A DNA stretch of 63,530 bases, the filler included, from Rhabdomonas costata (taxonomy: Eukaryota), in the NCBI GenBank assembly GCA_019059605.1. It is 45 parts of 45 records of this genome, joined end to end, with 100 filler letters (N's around TTAATTAATTAA, not from the genome) between each part and the next. Parts side by side here need not be neighbours in the genome. Positions count along the whole stretch, not along the records: positions 38,187 to 39,500 come from JAHMHO010019714.1; positions 39,601 to 40,914 come from JAHMHO010019715.1; positions 41,015 to 42,328 come from JAHMHO010019716.1; positions 42,429 to 43,742 come from JAHMHO010019717.1; positions 43,843 to 45,156 come from JAHMHO010019718.1; positions 45,257 to 46,570 come from JAHMHO010019719.1; positions 46,671 to 47,983 come from JAHMHO010019720.1; positions 48,084 to 49,397 come from JAHMHO010019721.1; 37 more parts are not named here. One strand, given 5' to 3'. Both the position numbers and the translations under genes were made by a program. The notes under the pieces are model-generated. The model ran no database searches. It was given only the letters and a program-made list of their open reading frames with translations, and was not told where the DNA came from. Of this stretch, positions 38,548 through 49,836 are shown piece by piece; the stretch's first letter is position 1, and each line of letters opens with the position of its first letter.

Positions 38548-39500
38548 CCCGTTGTCCAGCCAGACCATCTCCAGGTTCCTCCAGAACAGGTTGTTCCCTT
38601 GCAAAAAGCGGTCTGTGTTGTCCGTGAGAAAGTCCATTGCCAGGACTTCACTCCATTCCGCCCACATGGCCCGCTCCTCCTCAGAGACGGGGGTGCCGGC
38701 CTGTGTGGCGTCACACCACTGCTTACGAGGCGTCGGGGGCCACCACCGCTGAACTCGCCTCAAGGCTGAGTCAGGCGGGGGGCGGCTCTGGGAGTAATTG
38801 ACCACTGGTGGGCGGGTGGCGATTTGGGGCCACATCACCTGCAAGCTTCCCAGGAACAGCCCATCAGGCCTTTGCGACGTGTGCGTGTCTATGTGTGCGT
38901 GTGTGTTTGGGGGAGAATGCAGATGATTGGCGACGAAGAACACATCGGAACACATATCTCTCTTGGTCTCTATCACACTCGCAACAAGGTGCTGAAGACG
39001 CAAAGAGCTGCCCAAGGCGCCTCCCCCCTCCCCCGTGCCGGCGCAAATGGCCTTGGACCTTATCTGCAGATCGAAATACATTCAGTATAGTTATGCCAAA
39101 TAGGAAATTTTTAATTTAGTAACAGGACACTTTTCGGACATGCTCAACTTGCTTGTTCCACCCCTGAGCAACAAAGTAATGCACAAACCAAAAACGCGAA
39201 CCGGGCTGGTGCGTGGTGCCGAAACTCGGCGCACGCGCTGGCCGAGAGCTTCGCGCACAGCGCCTCCTGAGGCAACCACCGCAGCACTGTGGGGGGAACC
39301 TTCCTCGTATACCCCAACAGCATCGCCAGGTGGTATGCCATGACCTCGGCAACAAAGTTTGCGCAGGTCATCCTTCCCAGCGCAGCAAAACCTCGGCACC
39401 GCGCCGTCCGAAGCATGACAAGATGACCATTGGACACACCAGGCATCTGGCTGCCGCCCAACCAGGCCAGCAACTTGGCATTAACGCCGGGGTAACGGCG
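38548..39500 (-). CDS. Four-jointed/FAM20-family secretory-pathway kinase; exons ~39202-39500 and 38548-38869
   Basis: AEVMAYHLAMLLGYTRKVPPTVLR (EIAAFHLDRxLGFxRVPPxxGR-like), GSLQ, EWSEVLAMDFLTDNTDR (FDFLxxNxDR catalytic loop) and MVWLDNG (metal-binding). Confidence 0.8.
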
Positions 39501-39914
39501 NNNNNNNNNNNNNNNNNNNNNNNNNNNNNNNNNNNNNNNNNNNNTTAATTAATTAANNNNNNNNNNNNNNNNNNNNNNNNNNNNNNNNNNNNNNNNNNNN
39601 TTGTTGTTGTCGATCATTGCCAAGGATTTGGTGATTGCCCCCAACCCATTTCTGAAGGCACAAAGTTGGGGTGGGGGCAGGGTTTCAAAGTATCGAAATA
39701 ACGGATGAAAAATATACCCTGAACTTTGGAAGATTCACCAACGGCTCGATAAAAAGCGCTCAATAAAAACACCCACCCACCCATGCACACAAAAAACCAA
39801 TAGTGGTCGCAACAACTTCCGCCAGAACTCACCACAGGGGTTCCCTGTGGGGAGCCATCCTGTCTTGTTGGGAGCTCATTGCAAATTTCAACTCATCTGG
39901 CAGCTGCCATGTAC

Positions 39915-40082
39915 CTGCTGTGACGTGGGGTAGGGCTTGCCGTAGAACAGCTCCTGCCCCGCCTGAACAGAGTCCTCTCGGTCCACCGTGGTACAGTTCG
40001 CCGAGGCCCCGATCAGGAGCATCCTTATCGGGATGTTGTGCTCGGCCTCCCACTGGCGGAGCTCCCGGGTGACGTCTCGTCC
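39915..40082 (-). CDS. Exon encoding C-terminal half of a response-regulator receiver domain (hybrid histidine kinase type)
   Basis: GRDVTRELRQWEAEHNIPIRMLLIGASANCTTVDREDSVQAGQELFYGKP matches G..TR.IR..E....IIxxSAN....DRE....AG......KP. 56 codons, AG/GT bounded. Confidence 0.85.
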
Positions 40083-41910
40083 CTTGTGAATGAACCCGCG
40101 GCAAGAGGGAGGGAGAAACACAGGAAAAGCCCCTCTGGTTGAGATGGCAACATTTGCAAGTGCTACATGTATGCTAAACGAGCAACGGCGTTAAGGATCT
40201 ACAATTGAAACAAGGTTTAAGGCTTTGCCGTGTGGGTGAGAGACATTACTTTTGGCTTTTGGTGGCCAGAACGAATGGACGCGTGGTGGGCGAATGAAGT
40301 CTCAAGTCCACAGCACCTTAACTACTTTTAAAACAAAAAACCTCCCGTATATTGGTGTTAACATGCTGAGCACAAAATGAGCCGCCCTCTCCCTAGGATG
40401 CGAATTTTCCCTTATGATGCGACATTCACGAGAGCCCGGTGAATCTTCAGTTTGCTGGACGCAATGCACCGAACCACAACTTGGAGTGGGCCAAGGACTT
40501 GCCAAACAGCTCGGCGCGATTCTAGAGTCCCTAATTTCACAATCAACAATCAAAAAATTACATCCCACACTGTTCATTTCTTCACTCCTCTTTTCGGACA
40601 GAGGTACGGGGATTCACGGGTATTATTCGATTCGAGGTTGCCACATCGCACGCGGCAAAGTCCCTCGCCCAGACTGTGTTGCGGCCAGGTCTCCGCCTCC
40701 TGAACCAAAATAGTCCCACTCATCCAGAGAAAAAAAGCGATGAAAGTTTAAAACAAAAAAAAACAAACAGAATTCTCGGAAACCAATCGCAAGACTTTGG
40801 TTCCAATATCGCAATTTACCATTTTACAACTTTAGTAACATAGTTTACCCATGGTCCTCCCCACTACCTGTACCACAACCAAAAAAAACCCAAAACGAAA
40901 AAAAAAACCCACAANNNNNNNNNNNNNNNNNNNNNNNNNNNNNNNNNNNNNNNNNNNNTTAATTAATTAANNNNNNNNNNNNNNNNNNNNNNNNNNNNNN
41001 NNNNNNNNNNNNNNGGTGTGGGTGGGGGACAGTGTGTATGTTTGTATATGTTCATACACGTTTTTCCCCTTCTCCTCCGTCTTTCGCTTTCACGCACAAA
41101 CGTGTATGAACATATACAAACATACACACTGTCCCAGTCACCCAAACCAAACCAGACAGTCACCAAGTGGGTTGAACTTTTCATAACAGGTTATTTATTC
41201 CTCTTTCTAATTCATTCCATAGAAAAGCAACAGCATTGCAGCTTCCTTGCACAGTACTCTTCAAATTTTTATTCTTGAATTTCAACTTATTGGATCCGAA
41301 TCCGTGCTGCAATGCGGACCGGAAGCTAAATTTAAGGGATGAAGCGCAGCAAAAAGAAAAAAGGCATTTCGTTCATTTGGTTCCCAATGAAGCTTCGGCC
41401 GTTGGAACACTTGGCATTACATGGTTATTGACCACCTCGTGAGTGGGTGATATTAACGTGTCCATGACAATACAAACTGCAGAAGAAAAGTCGACACCAC
41501 TGTAATTCACTTCTTCATTTTTTATTACAATATTAAATACCGTATACCGTTCTTGTGCACAACAAAAAAACCAGAACTTAAAGTTTCGACTGTTTTTTCT
41601 TCAAAAACGGCGAAGTCCAACAATTCCAATAATTTTAGGCATTTGCCCCCGCAAATTTTAACAATTGTAAAACTAATTGACCCTGTACCAGGTACCAAGG
41701 CTGAAAAACCTACGAGGCAGCTAAATAGCTGTTCAACAACATGTGGTACTGGTACAACAGCAAATGAGCACAAGCACATGAACACGAAACCGTTCACGGG
41801 AGAAGAGCTTCCGGAGGAGTTAGATGGGACAGTGATCGCGTCTGTGTGTGTGGATGTGTGTGTGTGTGCGTCCTTGCTCAGAAGGCGTCCGCCCACTGGT
41901 TGCTGGCAAC

Positions 41911-42063
41911 CTTCTCGCTAAGCTGCAGGTTCGGGCACCGGTAGGACCCTCCCGAGGCACGAGCCAGCCCCAGCAAAAACCGCTCTGCGCGGAAATCAGC
42001 GCCCACGGGCATTAGCCCCACACAGTGAAACGGAACAAACTTGTCCAGGTTCAGTTCAACCAC
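41911..42063 (-). CDS. Exon encoding C-terminal part of a VWA domain
   Basis: VPFHCVGL...AERFLLGLARASGGSY resembles PIHTIG...FLxxLAxxxGGxY. 51 codons, AG/GT bounded. Confidence 0.65.
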
Positions 42064-42428
42064 CTGTACCGCACACACAACGCACGCTGTGAATACGCAT
42101 GTGCCACACGCGCGCCTCCAACCATTGCAATTCCAGTCTTTGGAGCTCAAGCAGGGGCTACAGACTTGGCGACAACCCCCTACACATTCTGCGCCAGATT
42201 CAAGAACCTACTTTCTGCAGAAGGGACAACTGCACTCAGTTTCGTAGTAATCTCCACTTGTGAGCTGCCGCTGGGGCGCCCACGACCCCCCCACACACTC
42301 ACACATGCAGAGCCTTCCAACCCCAACANNNNNNNNNNNNNNNNNNNNNNNNNNNNNNNNNNNNNNNNNNNNTTAATTAATTAANNNNNNNNNNNNNNNN
42401 NNNNNNNNNNNNNNNNNNNNNNNNNNNN

Positions 42429-43707
42429 TGTTTTGGGTATCCTGAAGACCTTGGGTAATGTCCAGAGCCTGCTGCTGACTCAGCAGGGTCGTGAGCTCGG
42501 CAGACGCTGAACTGAACTCTTGCTGGAGCTCGTCCTTCGCGGTGAGTTGGCATGCCAGCCAGCGAAGTCCTCTGCGGTGGAGCACCAATGTACTATACAC
42601 GTATACAGTTCCCTTCCAGGAGAATTCCGAAAAGTTCGCTGCAACGCTCCCCAGGGAGCCATAAGTGGACACCATCTCCGCTATAAATGCTCGCACCAGA
42701 GGGCAGGGGAGCCGCTCTGCTGTAAAGGGCACCAGCGACCCCGCGGAGCTGCCGTTGGTGAATAGGGGAACGTCGGGGAGGGTGTGCGCAAGTAGGCTGT
42801 GGTCAAACAAGTCCACCACAAAGGCGATGGACAGCGGGGTCACCAGGCTCTGCCCAAGCGCCGAGCTCAAATACGTCAGGTCGATGTCCACCCCGAAAAC
42901 CCCGGCAAGACTTCCCTCACTTTGCGCGGATAAAAGCCGGGAGTACAGCAGCCTGGGGGGCGTGGCGACCCCGTCCAGCACATCGACATATACTCCCGAA
43001 TCCCATAAAACGCCCGTATCCTTCAGAACCCCCAGCTGGTCGGCCGTGAAGCGAATGGACGAAACGCTGAGGTCTTTCCAAAGAATACTGCGGGGGCTGA
43101 CTCTTGGGTCATTTCCCCAATAGACGTATCGCTGGTCGTTTCCCATAGCATAAAGGGTATAACTGGGTGAGCTGCTCCACCCACACTCCGTGAACTCCCC
43201 CACCAAAGCCGGGTTCGGCTCGTCGTAGTAGATGTATTTGAAATACGGTGGGAAGGCTACGGTCTGCTCCAAGAACTGCGACATGAACGCAGCTAAGGAC
43301 AGCCGGGTGGAGTTCAAGTTGCATGACTTGAGGAAGCCCAGGACCCAAGCGCTCAACAAGGCATCGGTGACACCTTGCATTTCATCCAAACGGCGGTTGA
43401 GGGCATCACCCAGGTCCTCCATCGCTTTTGAGCGTATATGAGCGGCGAGGGCTTTCGACAGTTCTATAGCAGCGGTAGCAGCCCGCAGACTCTCCTCAGA
43501 TGCCGCGCCAGACCCATCAAAGACTTCGGTGGCTAGGCGCACCGCAAGGCTGGCGGACTGAGTGGTCTCACGGGTGCATCCCACTACGTCGCTTGCTTTG
43601 TCGAGGACGGCCACCGCGAAGACATGGAAAAGCACCGCGAAGGCAATCCCCGGAAGAAGAGGAAGAACGACAGGCAAAAAAGTGGCGAAAAAGAGGCGGA
43701 TTTTCAT
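42429..43707 (-). CDS. Membrane receptor with N-terminal TM and extracellular double-Cache domain (3' truncated)
   Basis: Uninterrupted ~426 codons from ATG 43707: hydrophobic anchor, long helix, WDSGVYVD, GVFGVDIDLTYLSSAL, AFVVD...LLAH, GLRWLACQL. Same family as 29786-30963. Confidence 0.85.
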
Positions 43708-43842
43708 CGTCTCGGGCCACTCTCCGCAACAAAACAAAAAACNNNNNNNNNNNNNNNNNNNNNNNNNNNNNNNNNNNNNNNNNNNNTTAATTAATTAANN
43801 NNNNNNNNNNNNNNNNNNNNNNNNNNNNNNNNNNNNNNNNNN

Positions 43843-44880
43843 GGGTGTGGTTAGAACTTCAGCGATGATAAAGAGGACGTTTGTGTTCAAGAACATCAAG
43901 AGAAAGGTAAAAGCGTATGTGCGGACTTGTGATATATGTCAACGTTGCAAGGCGGATCATCATCTGCGGAGAGGCCACACGCAAGTGCTGTAGGTGCCAG
44001 TGAACAAGTGGGAATCCATCTCCATGGACTTCGTTAAAATGCCAGAGGGGCCATGGAAGTTCTCTGGAGGTGGTCAAGTGGTAAATGAGATTTTGAAGGT
44101 GACGGATAGAGCGACCAAGATGTTTATTCAATGCCACAATACGATGAATGCGTACGATATAGCTGAGTTGTTTTGGTGGGAAGTAGTTAGATATCATGGA
44201 CTGCTGAGGAGCATTGTGAGTGATAGAGATCCGATCTTCATGTCGTTGTTTTGGAAAGAGCTAATGGCATTTCTGGATATACAGTCGTGGAGGTCGTCAC
44301 CGTACCATCCTCAGACGAACGGTCATGACGTTGATGTACGCGCACCCATGTACAGCGTGGATGAAATTGGTGGTGCTGACCGAGATTGTGATAAATAGCG
44401 CCCCAGTTGCCAACACAGAGTACAGCCCTTTTTACCTCAACTATGAGTACCACCCTGTGTTCTGGTGGGATCTTCCGGAAACCCCAGAGCCAGGTACAGG
44501 AGCTAAAAGGGAACCCGTGCGTTACAAGGTAAAGAAGATGAAAGCTACGTGGAAGCAGGTTAGATCCGCGTTTGAGAAAGAGAAGCTAAAGGCAGCAGCG
44601 TACTCGAATCGGAAGAGAGCGGATTACCAGTTTTGTGTTGGACAAGATGTACTGATTAGCAAGAGGAAGCACTATTGAGGAAGTTTTGGAATCCTCCAGG
44701 GATGCTGATTCCGTAGGACCGTTTACCATTGTAAAGAAGATTACTGACACGACTTTTGTTCTGGATAAACCGAAGGAGCTGAGAGGTAGAGCACATCCAG
44801 TGTTCCACTCGAGCGACCTCATCCCGTACGAGACGCTAGTTTTAGATCACGTGGGGATGTTACCAGAGGAGAGTGAAGAT
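43843..44880 (+). mobile_element. Ty3/Gypsy LTR-retrotransposon integrase remnant (pseudogenised)
   Basis: YVRTCDICQRCK, WESISMDFV, DRATKM, VVRYHGLLRSIVSDRDPIF, SSPYHPQTNG, YSPFYLNY and GPF...HPVFHSSDLIPY, with stops and frameshifts. Confidence 0.95.
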
Positions 44881-47271
44881 TAAGGTGGCAGTCAAGGACC
44901 AGATGAGCCAAGAGACGCGCCAAATCCAGGTGAGGAGGGATCTCCCTCGGTCGAGATGTCGAGATCAGAGAGTTCAATTTCGGAGTCAGAAGGAGATGTT
45001 GAACGTGGTGCAGCGGGAGGAGGTGCCTCCCCCCAATCGAAGTCGAGAACTCCAGTGGAAGGCTTAGAGGAAGATAAATGTATTAATCCATCGGAGTTGC
45101 AAGATAAATTGAGAAGATCGAGTCGAAGGAAGGTTCACAAAGAAGAAACGGAGAGTNNNNNNNNNNNNNNNNNNNNNNNNNNNNNNNNNNNNNNNNNNNN
45201 TTAATTAATTAANNNNNNNNNNNNNNNNNNNNNNNNNNNNNNNNNNNNNNNNNNNNAAAGAAACAAGCTGAGGAGCCGCGGGGCGGAAGGCAACACCCTA
45301 GTTTCTCTTCCCAAATTATGCAGAAGTCATATTTTAAAGAAAGAAAGACAACTGGAAGCAGGGGCTGCGGTTTGTTGTCCGTCGCGTTGGTAGGGGCAAG
45401 CGTGAAACATTTGACACCATGTTTGGATGCACAGCGGAGAAGGTTGTTTACCGCATGAACAGCTCCCACGGGCCCAAGGGGTGCCATTATATCTTTTTAT
45501 GCTGTTTTTGTTCGCTTATTTCCAACACAAGAATCGGAGGGAATATGGACGACGATGCATCCTCGAGATTGTTCACGCTCATATAACAGTTATAGGAAAC
45601 CTCATGGATTCGTACTGGTTGCTCAAAGATGGAGAAACCTCAGATTTTACCCCTTTTATTCTTGAAGGATTCTTATTTTTCCAGCAGTGCCTTGTGACCT
45701 CAGGATGGGATGGTGCCGCATGCAAAATATGAGAACGAAGTTTCATGAAGTCAGGCACGACCAATAGGTAAAATTCTCACTTCTCTAATCAAAGTCCGTA
45801 AAAAAAAAAGCACAAAAACCATATTTAATTGAAGTTAATTAAATTCGTTAAAAATCCGATGCTAGTGTATGGGGATCCGTGACGACAGTTCCAACGACCG
45901 CGGATGGGAGGTCATTTCAAATTTCATCAAAAAAATGAAACGTGATAAATCTCAACTTCCATCCCGCAGATGAGCTTGTGGCACCTCAAAGGACATACAT
46001 CGCACCCAACCATACCACGTTGAAATCCGAACCGCCTGACCAGCCTGTGAAATCGACCGTCTCCTAAATCCAAACACCTCTCCTGAAGGTACAGAGTTGA
46101 AACCGCTGGAACGGGCCGAGTTCTGACGCCCGTCTTTCCAGCGTTCTGAACTCAGTCGCCAGTGAGCCTCAGCACTGTGCAACCGTCCTGCAACGACCGA
46201 ACCGTAAGATCCTGTCACAAGACGCCATACGCACGATAACACGCAAGCTCACACAAACCACAAGCAGACATCACGTACGAGAGACACATCACGTACGAGA
46301 GACAGAGGGATAGGTTGCAGAAAGAACGAGAGCCAGGTGTGAAGATGCAGCATACCATCGAATCAAAGGAAAAGGGACCGGAGATAGTCCGGAAAAGGGT
46401 ACACAAGAATGAGGAGTGCAAAACTGTACAAAATGTACATTACCGCTGGGCAACGAACACACCGTGGGCACGCACAGAAGAGATCGTAGCCAGCGAGCAT
46501 TGAGACTACCAGAACTCAACAACACCATCCTTTGAGGGTGAAGAGTGACGCCGCCACACCACCCACACCCNNNNNNNNNNNNNNNNNNNNNNNNNNNNNN
46601 NNNNNNNNNNNNNNTTAATTAATTAANNNNNNNNNNNNNNNNNNNNNNNNNNNNNNNNNNNNNNNNNNNNGGTGTGTGGTCTCGGAGATGGCTCCGAGTG
46701 ACAGTTTGGAAAGTGGTGCCACTCGGCGGGAAACACATCATGCACAAATTTGAGCGGTAGGCAAAGAGCGTGTTTGTTTGGCGCTGCGCGCCAAGTTCAT
46801 CGTGTATGTGTGTGTGCGTGCGCCAAACGGTCGGGGTTGCTATCACTTGTTTTGTTTTTTTGCTCCTTTATCACTACTCACATTCGCAACAATGAGTCAA
46901 GTTAGTGACGGACGCGTCGGGCGCTGGTTCCCACGAAAATAATTGTGAGCGTCACGTTCTATGCCTACAGTGCAATAATGTGGGGAAACGGTGTTCCCTA
47001 CAGCCCTTTATGCTACCCCAAAACACACCGTATTTCTAAGACAGTGGTTGCGCACAAGGCCAACGTTCAAAGATCTAAGTCAACACAAAAGAGGCGGGGG
47101 GGCTGCGAGCTGTGTCGATACAAAATGCGAGACAACAACAGTTCCACGAAAAAATCTCCAATTAAAAAATCTCCAATGCGCTGCAACCACCTCTTCATTC
47201 AACAGTGCGGGCCCTGCGGGCCACCTCTCCCCCCCCCCTCACGTACACAACACTTTACAACAACTGCGCAG

Positions 47272-47764
47272 GTGGGATGTGGTGAAGGTCTGCATCGTGG
47301 CCTCTCCAGGTTTTCTCAAGGATGACTTCTTCAAATACCTCATCAGCGAGGCCTGCTCCCCCCTCCCCGCGTGCTGTGAGGGTGCATATTGCTCCTGTCC
47401 AGCATACCGACACACCATATGCTGCGTGGCTCTCGACTCACACTGGTGAGGGGACGGGACGCGCGTTCTACCGTCTCTCTCGATCCCCCTGCTTGTCTGT
47501 GATTGTCTGCCTGTGTAGGTGGGTGGGTGCGGGCAATACTGAGTGTAATCATTTTTTTCGGTTGCCAACCTGTTGATGCTGTTCTTCTTCTGTCTTTGGT
47601 GAAAATTTTTCTCACCCACAACCCCAAAATTGTGCACGCGTTCTGCGATCTCATTCTCATTTTTTTCCGCGTAGGCTCAGAAGCGAGACTTCAAAGAGCT
47701 TCTAGAGAACAAGGGGAAGTTTGTCCTTTGCCACTCCTCTTCTGGGTTCAAGCATTCTCTGAAG
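47272..47764 (+). CDS. PELO: Pelota/Dom34 ribosome-rescue factor; exons 47272-47350 and 47675-47764
   Basis: WDVVKVCIVASPGFLKDDFFKYLISE|AQKRDFKELLENKGKFVLCHSSSGFKHSLK. Gap-free joining needs a GC-AG intron at 47351-47674. Confidence 0.95.
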
Positions 47765-49641
47765 GTCCGCGAACAAGCACACATCCAAAACACATTCCTA
47801 GGCAGGAATATTGACTCTAGGGGGTGCTCTGCAGTAGGGCTTGCGTGCCAACGTTTTAATGAGGTTGCCATTGGTGTTGCAGCACTTTTTGAAGGGGTTT
47901 GTGGTGCGTATTGCCTGTGAACCATGCACGTAGTCATCTTCACCCCCCACTAGATTCCCCTGTGCCACATGCCCCAAAACACANNNNNNNNNNNNNNNNN
48001 NNNNNNNNNNNNNNNNNNNNNNNNNNNTTAATTAATTAANNNNNNNNNNNNNNNNNNNNNNNNNNNNNNNNNNNNNNNNNNNNTGTGTTGGATTTCGAAG
48101 TAAAGGGGAAAGTGGGCTTTTCTCAAGTTCAGCTGCGGGAGTCTTGGTACAGTCCAGATTAGCCTCCAAAGCGAGACATCCTACACACTCCAGCAGCAGC
48201 CGCAGTTGTGCCGCCTGCTCAGCACTCAGCTGGCACAGGAAAATGGTCGAGAGTTGAGTCTCAGCCACTTGCTCGGCCATGGCGGAAACATGCACATGAA
48301 ACAAACAAGATGGAAAAACGGATGCCAATTGGGTATGAATCTGCAGACGAAACAAAATGGACCTCCAAAGAAAGAAATCAGTGTATTTTCCACTGGAAAT
48401 TACGACCTATGTGACGTATGTGACGTTTCACCCTGGTTTCACGCAGCCTGGTTTGGCCGCAGCGCGGACTGGCCTCTGCGGCCTGGGTCTGTCCCCCCCC
48501 CCCGGTGATAGTTAGGTCAAAAAGACTATAAAGCTACTGAATGTTAATAAGATGAAGTCGATTGACATTTTCTGCGCGCTTTTGACTTATTCCCGTCAAT
48601 CGTCTTGGATTCTACATGAAATCAACCCAGTATTTACACTATAATATACAAGCACAAAAGTGCTGTAGTGCTATGCGACCACCCGCGCGTCGTCGCAGCT
48701 TTTCTCTCCACCAACTCTCCTTCACACACGCGCTGTTCCAGCACATGCACATACGGTTGGGGAAGCAACTCGCAAGGAAACAAGAAAGATGTGTAAAAGG
48801 GATGTGTAAAAGTGTGGAAAGGAAGGAAAAAAATAAAAACCACCACCGCAACGCTCCCGTTGCAGACTCCACCGAAACAAACGCTAAGTATGAAGAAAAT
48901 TTTACGCTTAATTGCCGGCCTCCGCAGACAAAGCACGCGCCCCCTAGGAGGTCTTACAGTGAGATTTTTAAAGCACGTCTCCTGAACCTAGGTGCTGACT
49001 GGTCAAACAAAACTTGGGGGGTTATGGGATCTCACAAAAGCCGGCTTCCCAACCTGCTCCGTACTTGCTGCCCAAACACTGCATACGAAGAAGCAAAGCA
49101 ATAGCCACCGTGTGCAGTTCTAAATTGAAAAGATTTCACAACCCGAATCCATTTTGTATACATCACAAACTTTTTGAAACATTGTATACATCACAAATCC
49201 GTGTTAAAACAAGCGCCAGAAAGAAACAAGAACCGCCGGAGACAGCCGTGGGCGGAGCGAAGACCAGAATCTGGAAGGGTTAGGGTTAGCGTGGCGGATA
49301 AATATAGACAATGCACAGGTAACTGGAAGATTCCAGGTTGGTCTTCTGTGACTTTTACCTTTCATACCTTGAGATCACATAAGTAGTCCACACACCCNNN
49401 NNNNNNNNNNNNNNNNNNNNNNNNNNNNNNNNNNNNNNNNNTTAATTAATTAANNNNNNNNNNNNNNNNNNNNNNNNNNNNNNNNNNNNNNNNNNNNTGT
49501 TGTGTGTACCTGCGGAATTAGCTGTCGTTTTTCGTCCCTCACTTTTGACAAGGCACCGGCCGTGTCTGCCGAGGTCGGGGCATTCACACGGAAACCAGTC
49601 CATGTCCAATTCACTTTCATGGAGGGGCGGGGGGCACTGAC

Positions 49642-49836
49642 CTTTTCTTCGTCCTTGGGAATCCCCGCCATTACGGTGCCGTCACGATGGCACTGCGCCA
49701 TCCAGTACTGGGCATTCACAGAGCCATTTTCCGCGGCCTGGCGGAGGTGGGTAACCGCCTTCTCGTCATGCTGGGGCACCCCGTTGTCCCCAGAAAGGTA
49801 GAGTCGGCCCAGAGCGTACGCCGAGGAACCGTCACC
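49642..49836 (-). CDS. Exon of Sel1-like repeat protein
   Basis: GDGSSAYALGRLYLSGDNGVPQHDEKAVTHLRQAAENGSVNAQYWMAQCHRDG...PKDEEK. 65 codons, AG/GT bounded. Confidence 0.92.

Noticed and set aside
43843..44880. Stop-codon reassignment suggested by in-frame TAG/TGA in integrase and RT fragments
   Set aside because: These elements also have frameshifts, and long host ORFs (CLASP, Cache receptor) contain no in-frame stops.
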